64,000 bases of DNA from Candidatus Marinacidobacterium sp. Lineage in GTDB: Bacteria > Acidobacteriota > Vicinamibacteria > Marinacidobacterales > Marinacidobacteraceae. Below are positions 28,599 through 36,672 of this stretch, piece after piece. How positions within the stretch are numbered: position 1 is the stretch's first letter; every line of letters starts with the position of its first letter. The DNA is taken from contig OZ244852.1 of NCBI GenBank assembly GCA_965220965.1, forward strand, positions 1,248,001-1,312,000. Reading direction: 5' to 3'. The notes under the pieces are model-generated. The model saw only the letters and a list, made by a program, of their open reading frames with translations. It did no database searches and was not told where the DNA came from. Both the position numbers and the translations under genes were made by a program.

Positions 28599-28615
28599 CG
28601 GCTGGAGGATAAGGG

Positions 28616-30775
28616 TTACCCGCCCTCCGTCAGGCCGAAGCGTTCCCCCCAGCGCTCGTGGACCTGCTCGAGGATGCGGCGGCCCTCGAGGCTGTCGGCT
28701 TCGGGCGACGCCAGAAAGTCCCGGGCCTCCCGGCGGGCGTCGCGGAGGATCTCCGCATCCTCGACCAGGTCGGCGACCCGGAAGGCGGGCAGGCCCCACT
28801 GCCGGGCGCCCCGGAAGTCCCCGGGCCCCCGGATCCGCAGGTCCTCCTCGGCGATCCGGAAGCCGTCAGTCGTCTTCTCGAGGATCGCGAGGCGCTGGCG
28901 GGCGGTGTCTCCGGGCTGGCTCCCGGTCACCAGGATCGCCGTCGCGGGATCCTCCCCCCGCCCGACCCGCCCGCGGAGCTGGTGGAGCTGGGCCAGCCCG
29001 AAGCGCTCGGCGTGCTCCACCACCATCACCGTGGCGTTCGGAACGTCGACGCCGACCTCGATGACCGTCGTGGCGACGAGAACGTCGAGGTTGCCAGCGA
29101 CGAAGTCGGCCATCACCCGCTCCCGCTCGCGCGACGGAAGGCGGCCGTGAACCAGACCCACCCGCAGGTCGCGGAAGACTCCTTCCGAGAGCTCGCGGTG
29201 TCGGGCCTCGACGCCGGGGCCCGGGAACCCCTCGGCCTCCTCGATCGACGGCCCGACGAGAAACGCCTGCCGGCCCCGCCGGACCTCACGCCGGATCAGC
29301 TCCGCCACCTCGGGGAAATCACGCTCGCTGTGGATCAGCGTCCGGACCGGCTGGCGGCCGGGGGGCAGCTCCCGCAGCTCCGACAGGTCGAGGTCCCCGT
29401 GGAGCGCCAGCGTGAGCGTGCGCGGGATGGGCGTCGCGGTCATCACGAGGAGATCCGCGCCCCCGCCCCGCTCGACGAGGGCGCGGCGCTGCGCCACGCC
29501 GAAACGGTGCTGCTCGTCGATGATGGCGAGGCCCAGGTCGTGGAACTTCGCCCCCTCCTGGATCAGCGCGTGAGTCCCCACGACGAACTGCGCCCGGCCG
29601 GTCTCGGCCGACCAGAGCGCGGCGCGGCGCTCGGCCGCCCCGAGCCCGGCGGTGAGGAGGACGACCCGGATCCGTTGCGGCGCAAGGAGCCGCTGGATCG
29701 TCCCGTAGTGCTGCTCCGCGAGCACCTCGGTGGGCGCCATGAGCGCCACCTGCGCGCCGTGGTGCATCACCATCATCCCGGCAATGACCGCGACGATCGT
29801 CTTCCCGGAGCCCACGTCGCCCTGGAGGAGCCGCCGCATCGTGAACTCCGAGCGGAACTCCTCGGCGATCGTGCGAAGCGCCTCCCCCTGCGAGCCGGTG
29901 AGCCGGAACGGGAGCATCGCGCGGACCCGGTCGCGCAACCGGTCGTCCACCGTGAAGGTGTGGGCGCCGGAGCGGCCCACCCGGTCCTGGCGGCGACGGA
30001 GCAGCAGCCCGAGGGCGAAGAGGAAGAACTCCTCGTAGATCAGCCGGCGATGGCCGGCGGAGCGGCGACGGCTCAGCTCGTCGAGCGGGACCTCTGGCGG
30101 CGGGAAATGGACCGCCCGGAGCGCCGCGAGACGGTCCGGAAGGCCGAGCCGGCGGACGAGCGACTCCGGGAGGAGCCCCGGTCCGGCGGCCTCCTCCGAC
30201 TGGAGCGCCCGGTGGAGGATCGTGCGGAACTGCCGGGGAGACAGCGGGCCGAGCCGTTCGTAGACCGGGACGACCCGGCCGGCGTGGGCGGTCGGCGGCC
30301 CTGGGGCCGCGGCCTCCGGCGCAGGGTCGGGCGCCTCGGCCTCCGCTCCGGACCCGGTCACGAGCTCGTAACGGGGGCTGCGGAACTCGGGCGCCGCAAA
30401 CGGGCCGGCGCGGCGGACCGTTCCGTAGAGCAGGACGCGCCGTCCGGGGAACAGCAGACGGGGCAGATGGAGCTGGTTGAACCAGGTCGCGCGGACCGGA
30501 CCGGAGGCGTCGCGGCCCCGCAGCTCCACGATCTTCAGCCGCGGACGGCGCGTGGGACGGACCTGGATCGACTCGATCACGACCTCGACCGCGCCCTCCT
30601 TCCCGTCCTCGAGCGCCGTCGCCTGCTGCTCCCCGCTGCGGTCCTCGTAGCGGAACGGGAGCCGCAGGAGGAGGTCACTGACCCGCCGGATCCCGACCTC
30701 GGCGAGCGCCTCGGCGCGCTGCGGCCCGATCCCCTTGAGAAAGCGGACCTCGGTGTCCGCCCGGAGATCCGTCAC
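28616..30775 (-). CDS. recG: ATP-dependent DNA helicase RecG
   Basis: LQGDVGSGKT, DEQHRFGV, MTATPIPRT, QLHQLRGRVGRG. Confidence 0.97.
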   Translation of the reverse strand: MTDLRADTEVRFLKGIGPQRAEALAEVGIRRVSDLLLRLPFRYEDRSGEQQATALEDGKEGAVEVVIESIQVRPTRRPRLKIVELRGRDASGPVRATWFNQLHLPRLLFPGRRVLLYGTVRRAGPFAAPEFRSPRYELVTGSGAEAEAPDPAPEAAAPGPPTAHAGRVVPVYERLGPLSPRQFRTILHRALQSEEAAGPGLLPESLVRRLGLPDRLAALRAVHFPPPEVPLDELSRRRSAGHRRLIYEEFFLFALGLLLRRRQDRVGRSGAHTFTVDDRLRDRVRAMLPFRLTGSQGEALRTIAEEFRSEFTMRRLLQGDVGSGKTIVAVIAGMMVMHHGAQVALMAPTEVLAEQHYGTIQRLLAPQRIRVVLLTAGLGAAERRAALWSAETGRAQFVVGTHALIQEGAKFHDLGLAIIDEQHRFGVAQRRALVERGGGADLLVMTATPIPRTLTLALHGDLDLSELRELPPGRQPVRTLIHSERDFPEVAELIRREVRRGRQAFLVGPSIEEAEGFPGPGVEARHRELSEGVFRDLRVGLVHGRLPSRERERVMADFVAGNLDVLVATTVIEVGVDVPNATVMVVEHAERFGLAQLHQLRGRVGRGEDPATAILVTGSQPGDTARQRLAILEKTTDGFRIAEEDLRIRGPGDFRGARQWGLPAFRVADLVEDAEILRDARREARDFLASPEADSLEGRRILEQVHERWGERFGLTEGG

Positions 30776-31812
30776 GGGGCCGTTCGGGCCATTCGGTCGG
30801 CCGGGGCCCCGGACCCGGGCGCCTCGGGGACCGCGCCGGCCTCGAGCGCCTCCCGGAAACGCTCCACCGCGGCTGTGAACGCGCCGGGGTCGTCACCGGG
30901 AAGCCGGATCCAGGTGAGACCCGGCTCGGCGCGGAACCAGGTGAGCTGCCGCCGGGCGTAGCGGCGGGTCGCGGCGACGATGCTCCTCTCGCGCTCCCGA
31001 ACGAGGTCCTCCGGAAACGCGCCGTCCTCGGACGCGGCGAGCGCCCCCAGGATCTCCCGGTAGCCGATCGCCAGCCGCCCCGGCCAGTCCTCCCGGTAGC
31101 GCTTCCGGAGGGCGCGCGCCTCCTCGATCCAGCCGGCCGCCAGCATCGCCCGGACACGGTCCGCGATCCGCGCGCCCAGCAGTTCACGGGGCGGATCGAG
31201 CGCGAGCACCGTCCAGGCGGCGGAGCCGAGAGGGGAGGCCCGACGCATCCGGAGACGGGAAATCGGCTCGCCGGCGGCGAGCGCGACTTCGAGCGCGCGG
31301 AGGCGCCGCACCCGGTCGTTGGGATGGACGCGCTGGTGGGACTCGGGATCCAGGCGGGCGAGCAGCCGGTCCAGCCGGACGCGTCCCCGGGGGCGGGCAT
31401 CGAGGCGCTGGAGCCGCGCGCGGAGATCGGGATCCACCTCCGGTCCGTCGAAGACGCCCTCGCGCAGCGCGCGGAAATAAAGGCCGCTCCCCCCGACCAC
31501 CAGCGGGACCCCGCCGCGCGCCCGGATGTCCCGGATCGCGCTTGCGGCGAGCCCGGCGAAACGGCCTGCCGTGCTCGGGTCGTCGGGCGCCAGAGCGCCG
31601 ATCAGATGGTGGGGAACCGCCGCCAGCTCGTCTGAGTCCGGCTTCCCGGTCCCGATGTCCAGATCCCGGTAGATCTGGAACGCGTCGCAAGAGACGACCT
31701 CCACCGGCGCCGGTATCGCCTCGGCCACCCGGACGGCGAGTCCGGTCTTTCCGGCGCCGGTCGGACCCAGGATGGCCAGAACCGGCGCGTCAGGGGATAC
31801 GGGGTCCGCCAC
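30772..31812 (-). CDS. miaA: tRNA dimethylallyltransferase
   Basis: GPTGAGKT, DAFQIYR.LDIGTGKP, VGGSGLY, TRRYARRQLTWF. Confidence 0.95.
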   Translation of the reverse strand: MADPVSPDAPVLAILGPTGAGKTGLAVRVAEAIPAPVEVVSCDAFQIYRDLDIGTGKPDSDELAAVPHHLIGALAPDDPSTAGRFAGLAASAIRDIRARGGVPLVVGGSGLYFRALREGVFDGPEVDPDLRARLQRLDARPRGRVRLDRLLARLDPESHQRVHPNDRVRRLRALEVALAAGEPISRLRMRRASPLGSAAWTVLALDPPRELLGARIADRVRAMLAAGWIEEARALRKRYREDWPGRLAIGYREILGALAASEDGAFPEDLVRERERSIVAATRRYARRQLTWFRAEPGLTWIRLPGDDPGAFTAAVERFREALEAGAVPEAPGSGAPADRMARTAP

Positions 31813-31823
31813 CGGGCGGGGGG

Positions 31824-31940
31824 TCAGAGGATGGCCCGGCCGACCGCCAGCAGGAGGAGCAGCAGGACGAGCAACGCGGCGGCGCGAATCTGCGTCGGGC
31901 GAAACGCGCGGGACGGGGTGCGGGGCGCGCCGGAGGTCAA
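31824..31940 (-). CDS. Possible 38-aa single-TM small protein
   Basis: TTG overlapping the SpoIID-gene stop (TTGA); ends ...QIRAAALLVLLLLLLAVGRAIL; fills the gap before miaA. Confidence 0.4.
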   Translation of the reverse strand: MTSGAPRTPSRAFRPTQIRAAALLVLLLLLLAVGRAIL

Positions 31941-34123
31941 CGGGTGGCGATCCCGGTCCCCGGGTAGTAGTGGGCGAGGATCTCCCGGTAGGTCGCGCCC
32001 GCCGTCGCCATACCGTAGGCGCCGGCCTGGCAGAGACCGAGACCGTGGCCCCATCCGCGGCCCCGGAACCACCACTCGGTGATCCGCCCGGAGGCGTCGC
32101 GGCGCGGCTCGGCGGAGAACAGGTTCTCGGAGAGACCCAGACGGGTGCGGATCGAAAACCGCTCGAGCTCGAGCTCGCCGGCGGTCCCCCGGACCAGGAG
32201 GCGGGTGACCCGGCCGGAGGGACCGTGTTCCAGCGGCTCGAGCGCGACGATCTCGCCGAGCGGCCGGCCTTCCAGCCGGGCGATCCGGGCGGAGAGATCG
32301 ACGTTGTTCTTCGGAACCAGCCAGGACTCCTGCGACGAGAAGCGGTCGAGCGACTCGCCGAGCTCCTCGAGGATCAGGAGGTCGGCGCGCACCGGAGTTC
32401 CGTCTCCCGAGACCGGAGCGCCGTCCGATCCCGGAAGCGGACGGTAGCGGACGAAGTCGCCCGGGCGGAGGCGGAGCGCGGCCGCCGGAATCGGCGCCGA
32501 CCGGGGCTCGTCGCGGCCGGGAATCCGCGTGGGGCGGACCTCCCGGTAGAGGAGCGCCCCCGGAACCGTCCGAAGCTCGTGGAGGACCGGATCCTCCCCG
32601 GGGTCCGTCTCCGGCTCGACGAGGACTCCGTCGCCGCTGAACCGCCGCACCAGCGCGCGGCGCAGAAGGTCGCCCTCGAGGCGGAGCACCGCCGCGGCGG
32701 CGTGGACGACGTCGCGGGGGGCCAGCGCCCGGTCCGGGTCGGCGGAGAGGCCGGCGGCGGGGAGCAGTCCCTCGGCGATGAGGCGCCCCAGGGACGGCGG
32801 TCCGTCGGTCGCGACGCTGGCGGGCGCCGCGGCGCCCCCGGCCCCGGGAGCGGGACGGCACCGCAGCGCCTCGACCAGGTCAGCGAAGCCCCCCAGGCTG
32901 AGAGGCCCGGTCGGAGCGTCGGCGGCGTCGCAGCGCGCAAAGCCCATCCAGTCGAGCGCGCCGCCGAAGACCCGGCGGGCGTCAGGCGCGAGGACCGGCG
33001 CCATCGAGAGGTCCCGTCGCCACGGCTCGGGAAGCTCGGCGCCGATGCGGGCGACCCCGGCTTCGAGCGGCAGCGGGTCGGCGCCGGCGACCCGCAACCC
33101 GCCCGGCTCGCGCCGGCCGGGCCGGGCGACCAGGTAGGGCGTGGGAGTCGAGAACACGTTCTCGGCGTTTTCGGTCGAGCCGCCGCACGCCGCGGTGTAG
33201 AGCGCGTCGATGAGCTCCCCGTCGTGGAGCAGGACTTCGCCTTCGGTTTCGCGCACCGCGCGGGTCGAGAGCGGGCGCTCGGCGGCGACCCCGCCGTAGA
33301 CCTGGCACGCCGGAGTGGCGCACAGGTCATAGCCGCGCTCCCGGTAAACCGGGCGCGGCGTCAGCGCGTAGGTGCGCGCCGCGAGCGCCTGCGCCTTGAG
33401 CGCCTCGATCTCGGGAAAGAGCTCCGGCGGGAGCTCGCGGGGGACCACGCCGGCCAGGTAGTCCTCGAGGTCCACCCGATTCACGACGCGCACCCCGGCT
33501 TCTCCGCGCGCGAATTCGAGCGTCCCCCGGTACGGGTCGCCGTCCCACTCGAGAAACTCTCCGGGCCGGGGTTCGGCGGTCAGGGCCGCGCCCCCCGGGA
33601 TCCGGATGGGCGAGCCCCCGAGGGGGCGGACGACGAGGGCGTCGCCGACCGGCGACGGAACCGGGAAGAGCGCCGCCGAGGCGAAGCCCAACGCTCGCAG
33701 CCGCTCCACGTCCACCGGGTCGGAACCCTCGTCCAGCGCGACGAGGAAACGCCCGCTGGCGGGAAGGCGGACCGTACGCACGGTTGCGGCGTCCGGGGAC
33801 GTCCCGGCGAAACGCTCGGCGGCCTCGCGGGCCGCCGCCCGGTCCGCGAACGAGCCCAGCGCGAGCACGCTCTCGCCGCTCTCCCCGGTCTCTGGCGAGA
33901 TCAGGGCGTCGGCGACTTCGATCCGGAGTTCCCCGGCGCGCAGGACGAAGGGCGATGGCGCCGAGACCCGGGCCGCCGAAGCGGCGTCGGCGAGTCCGAC
34001 GCGGATCGCGCGGCTGGAATCGACGGGCTGCGCCGGGGGCCGAACGCCCGCAAGCGAGACCGTCGCGAGCAGCAACGCGGTCGTTGGGCCACAGACCGGG
34101 CGGAGACCGCGAGCCCGGCTCAT
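31937..34123 (-). CDS. SpoIID/LytB domain protein (lytic transglycosylase-like) with large insertion
   Basis: YRGTL, LEDYLAGVVPRE, EALKAQALAARTYA, CQVYGG, GWGHGLGLCQAGA, ILAHYYPG. Confidence 0.88.
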   Translation of the reverse strand: MSRARGLRPVCGPTTALLLATVSLAGVRPPAQPVDSSRAIRVGLADAASAARVSAPSPFVLRAGELRIEVADALISPETGESGESVLALGSFADRAAAREAAERFAGTSPDAATVRTVRLPASGRFLVALDEGSDPVDVERLRALGFASAALFPVPSPVGDALVVRPLGGSPIRIPGGAALTAEPRPGEFLEWDGDPYRGTLEFARGEAGVRVVNRVDLEDYLAGVVPRELPPELFPEIEALKAQALAARTYALTPRPVYRERGYDLCATPACQVYGGVAAERPLSTRAVRETEGEVLLHDGELIDALYTAACGGSTENAENVFSTPTPYLVARPGRREPGGLRVAGADPLPLEAGVARIGAELPEPWRRDLSMAPVLAPDARRVFGGALDWMGFARCDAADAPTGPLSLGGFADLVEALRCRPAPGAGGAAAPASVATDGPPSLGRLIAEGLLPAAGLSADPDRALAPRDVVHAAAAVLRLEGDLLRRALVRRFSGDGVLVEPETDPGEDPVLHELRTVPGALLYREVRPTRIPGRDEPRSAPIPAAALRLRPGDFVRYRPLPGSDGAPVSGDGTPVRADLLILEELGESLDRFSSQESWLVPKNNVDLSARIARLEGRPLGEIVALEPLEHGPSGRVTRLLVRGTAGELELERFSIRTRLGLSENLFSAEPRRDASGRITEWWFRGRGWGHGLGLCQAGAYGMATAGATYREILAHYYPGTGIATR

Positions 34124-35467
34124 CTACTGGCCAAAGAGGTCGTAAGGGCGCTCGTTGTACCAGAACACCAGCATGATCTCGAAGTCGGCGCCGGGGTAGT
34201 CATCGGGGAGCGGGAGAAGGCGGGCGCCGCGCAGCGCCCCGACGGCGGCGTTGTCGAAACCGGGGACTCCGGAGGGAATCACGACCTGGAGCCACGACAA
34301 TTCCCCGCTCCGCAACACGCTGATCGCGATCGCCACGTGGCCCCGTTCATAGGACGCCGCATACGGGACATACCAGTTGCTGCGGACTTCGGCGATCAGG
34401 CGCGAGATCCACGGGACCAGATTCGCGCCCCGGTCGTCGTAGTAGAGCGTGTTGTTCCGGTTCGAGACGAGGCCGCCCTCCGGGTTCCGGAAGCGCTTTC
34501 CCTCCAGAAAACGCCAGATGTCGGTCGGGACGCCCTCGCGGCGGCGCTCGCGTTCGGCGAGGGCGCGGGCCCTGGAGGCGGCCATCTCCTCGGCCATGCG
34601 GCGCACATCCGCGCTGGGATCGTTGATCCGACGGCGGAAGGCGTCCTCGTCGAACAGCAGCCGGGAGTCGTCCGGATCGAAGGCCGGTTCCGCAACCCCG
34701 GCCGGCGGTAGCGCCTCCTCCTCCTCAACCGCAGCCTCGCGCGCGGCCTCGGCCTCCGCGGCGGCGACGGCCTCGGCGAGCGCGGCCAGCTCGGCGGGGG
34801 AGAGCGCGGCGCCCGGGTCGAAGTCGGTCGGGGCGCCGCTCTCCGGGTCGCTCGAGTCCGGGTCCTCCCCCATGCGCTCGTCCAGGTAGAACTCCTCGTC
34901 CTGGCCATCGGCAAACGGAAGGCTGTTCTGGAAACCGGTCGACGGGGTCTCGATCTGCGCCTCGGGAATCGCGAGGCCGGCCACCTGTTCCGGCGCCGGC
35001 GCCGCCTCTTCGGGGATGGCTTCCGGCTCGGGGACCTCCACCGGCGGAGGAACCGGAACGGCTTCGACCTCCTCGATCGGAGGCGCTTCGAAGGCGTAGA
35101 GGAGCGGCTCCCGCTCCTCGACCGCCTCGACCACGCGGGGCTCCGCTTCGGGAAAGGGCGCGAGGTCGCCGAACAGGATCACTCCCAGAAGAAGGTGGAA
35201 CGCGGCGGAGATCGCGGCCGGCGCGTAGCGGCTGCGCATCGTCGCGCCCGCGAGCACATCGGCGGTGCCGCCCCGGCTGAGCCCCTCGAGAACCGGCCCG
35301 GCGAGCGGGGCGCCGGAGCGCGCGCCCGCGGCAGTTGACGGCGGACGGCGGGAACGCCGGCGGAACGGCGGCGACGGCGCGCGGGGCGCCGGACGCGGGC
35401 GTGGCGCGTCGGAGCCCTCGGGCCCCGGCGGACGCTGGTCGAGGCCCAGCCGGATGAAGTCGCTCAT
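34124..35467 (-). CDS. TonB/TolA C-terminal domain protein
   Basis: TM with SAAFH, acidic Pro/Ala linker, VRSNWYVP...SGVPGFDNAA...LPLPDDYP...FWYN; the start may instead be ATG 35239. Confidence 0.75.
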   Translation of the reverse strand: MSDFIRLGLDQRPPGPEGSDAPRPRPAPRAPSPPFRRRSRRPPSTAAGARSGAPLAGPVLEGLSRGGTADVLAGATMRSRYAPAAISAAFHLLLGVILFGDLAPFPEAEPRVVEAVEEREPLLYAFEAPPIEEVEAVPVPPPVEVPEPEAIPEEAAPAPEQVAGLAIPEAQIETPSTGFQNSLPFADGQDEEFYLDERMGEDPDSSDPESGAPTDFDPGAALSPAELAALAEAVAAAEAEAAREAAVEEEEALPPAGVAEPAFDPDDSRLLFDEDAFRRRINDPSADVRRMAEEMAASRARALAERERRREGVPTDIWRFLEGKRFRNPEGGLVSNRNNTLYYDDRGANLVPWISRLIAEVRSNWYVPYAASYERGHVAIAISVLRSGELSWLQVVIPSGVPGFDNAAVGALRGARLLPLPDDYPGADFEIMLVFWYNERPYDLFGQ

Positions 35468-35548
35468 CGCGTCCGAGGGCCCCCCGTCACCGCGCGAGTC
35501 CCTTGCAGGATCCGCACCACGACGACGGCGCCGCGGGGAAGCGGGCCA

Positions 35549-35989
35549 TCACCCGAGCGTGAACGCGACCTCGACGACGCGCTGGGCGCCGACCTGGGCC
35601 TCGCCCTGGAATCGCGGCTGCTCATCGGGCCCGTCCTGGCGGACGACGCGAAGCTCGAGCCGGTCGCCGGGCGACACCCGGCGGCGAAACCGCACGCGGT
35701 CCACCTCCACGAGGCGCCACTCGCGGCCCGCGCCGTCGGGATGGGCGCCGAGCAGGCGCCGGGCGCACTCCGCCAGCGCCTCGACGAGGAACACTCCCGG
35801 GACGACCGGGAGTTCGGGGAAGTGCCCGGCGAAGAACGGCTCGTCCTCCGGGAACACCCGGACGGCCGAGGCGGCCGTGGCTCCGGGTTCGCCGGTCTCG
35901 CGGCGCCAGGAGTCGAGCAGCCGCCGCCCCGGCGCCGTCGCCGGGGGCGCAACCGGCCCCTCCCCGTGCGCCGGCGGAGAGCCCGGCAT
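35549..35989 (-). CDS. fabZ: 3-hydroxyacyl-ACP dehydratase FabZ-like
   Basis: FFAGHFPELPVVPGVFLVEALA, VRFRRRVSPGD; divergent N-terminus. Confidence 0.75.
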   Translation of the reverse strand: MPGSPPAHGEGPVAPPATAPGRRLLDSWRRETGEPGATAASAVRVFPEDEPFFAGHFPELPVVPGVFLVEALAECARRLLGAHPDGAGREWRLVEVDRVRFRRRVSPGDRLELRVVRQDGPDEQPRFQGEAQVGAQRVVEVAFTLG

Positions 35990-36000
35990 GGGGTTGGGGC

Positions 36001-36606
36001 CTACCCCTCGCCGCCGGTCTCCGACTGGGCGTTGAACCGGGTGATCACCTCGGCCGAGATGTCGAGCGCCGGGTCCATGATGAAGGTGAGCCCGGGGGTG
36101 ACCCGCAGGATCATCTGGATGTTGCGTTCGCGCGCGACTTCCTCGACGACCGGGCCGAGATCGGCCTCGAGGGCCTGGAAGCCGGTCGCCTGCTGCTCGT
36201 TGAACTCGCGCTGCTGATCCTCCAGCCAGCGCTGGAGGTCGGTCTGCCGCCGCTCGATGTCCCGCGTCAGGTCGGCGCGGGCCTCGGCGGAGAGAAGCTG
36301 GGATCCGGCGCGGTTCGTGAGGTCGCGGATCTCCTGCTCCCGGGTCTGGCGTCCCTGCAGGATCTGCTCCTGGAGCGCCTGCAGCTCGGCGAACATCGCC
36401 TGCCCCCGGGTGGACTCCTGGGCGACCCGGTCGATGTCGATGACGGCGACCCGGGTGGCCGCGAAGTCCTGGCCCCGGGCTTCTGGCGGAACGGCGACGA
36501 GCCCGGTCAACAGGGCTCCGGCCAGCACTCCCGCGAAGCGCGCTCCCGGCGCGCGGCCCGGCCCGTCGGGGCGAATCCTCCGGGGGCGGCGGTCGAAACA
36601 GCTCAT
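36001..36606 (-). CDS. skp: OmpH/Skp outer membrane chaperone
   Basis: Signal peptide, VAVIDIDRV, coiled-coil, LDISAEVI; follows bamA. Confidence 0.85.
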   Translation of the reverse strand: MSCFDRRPRRIRPDGPGRAPGARFAGVLAGALLTGLVAVPPEARGQDFAATRVAVIDIDRVAQESTRGQAMFAELQALQEQILQGRQTREQEIRDLTNRAGSQLLSAEARADLTRDIERRQTDLQRWLEDQQREFNEQQATGFQALEADLGPVVEEVARERNIQMILRVTPGLTFIMDPALDISAEVITRFNAQSETGGEG

Positions 36607-36672
36607 GGCTCTAGGTCAACTCCCTGAACGCTTTTGGGGGCTTCAACCCGCCGGCGGCGCCTCGCAAGGAGG

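Noticed and set aside
31772-34711. 979-aa plus-strand ORF
   Set aside because: Antisense shadow of the SpoIID-like and TonB genes; Arg/Gly/Pro-rich with no motifs, typical of high GC
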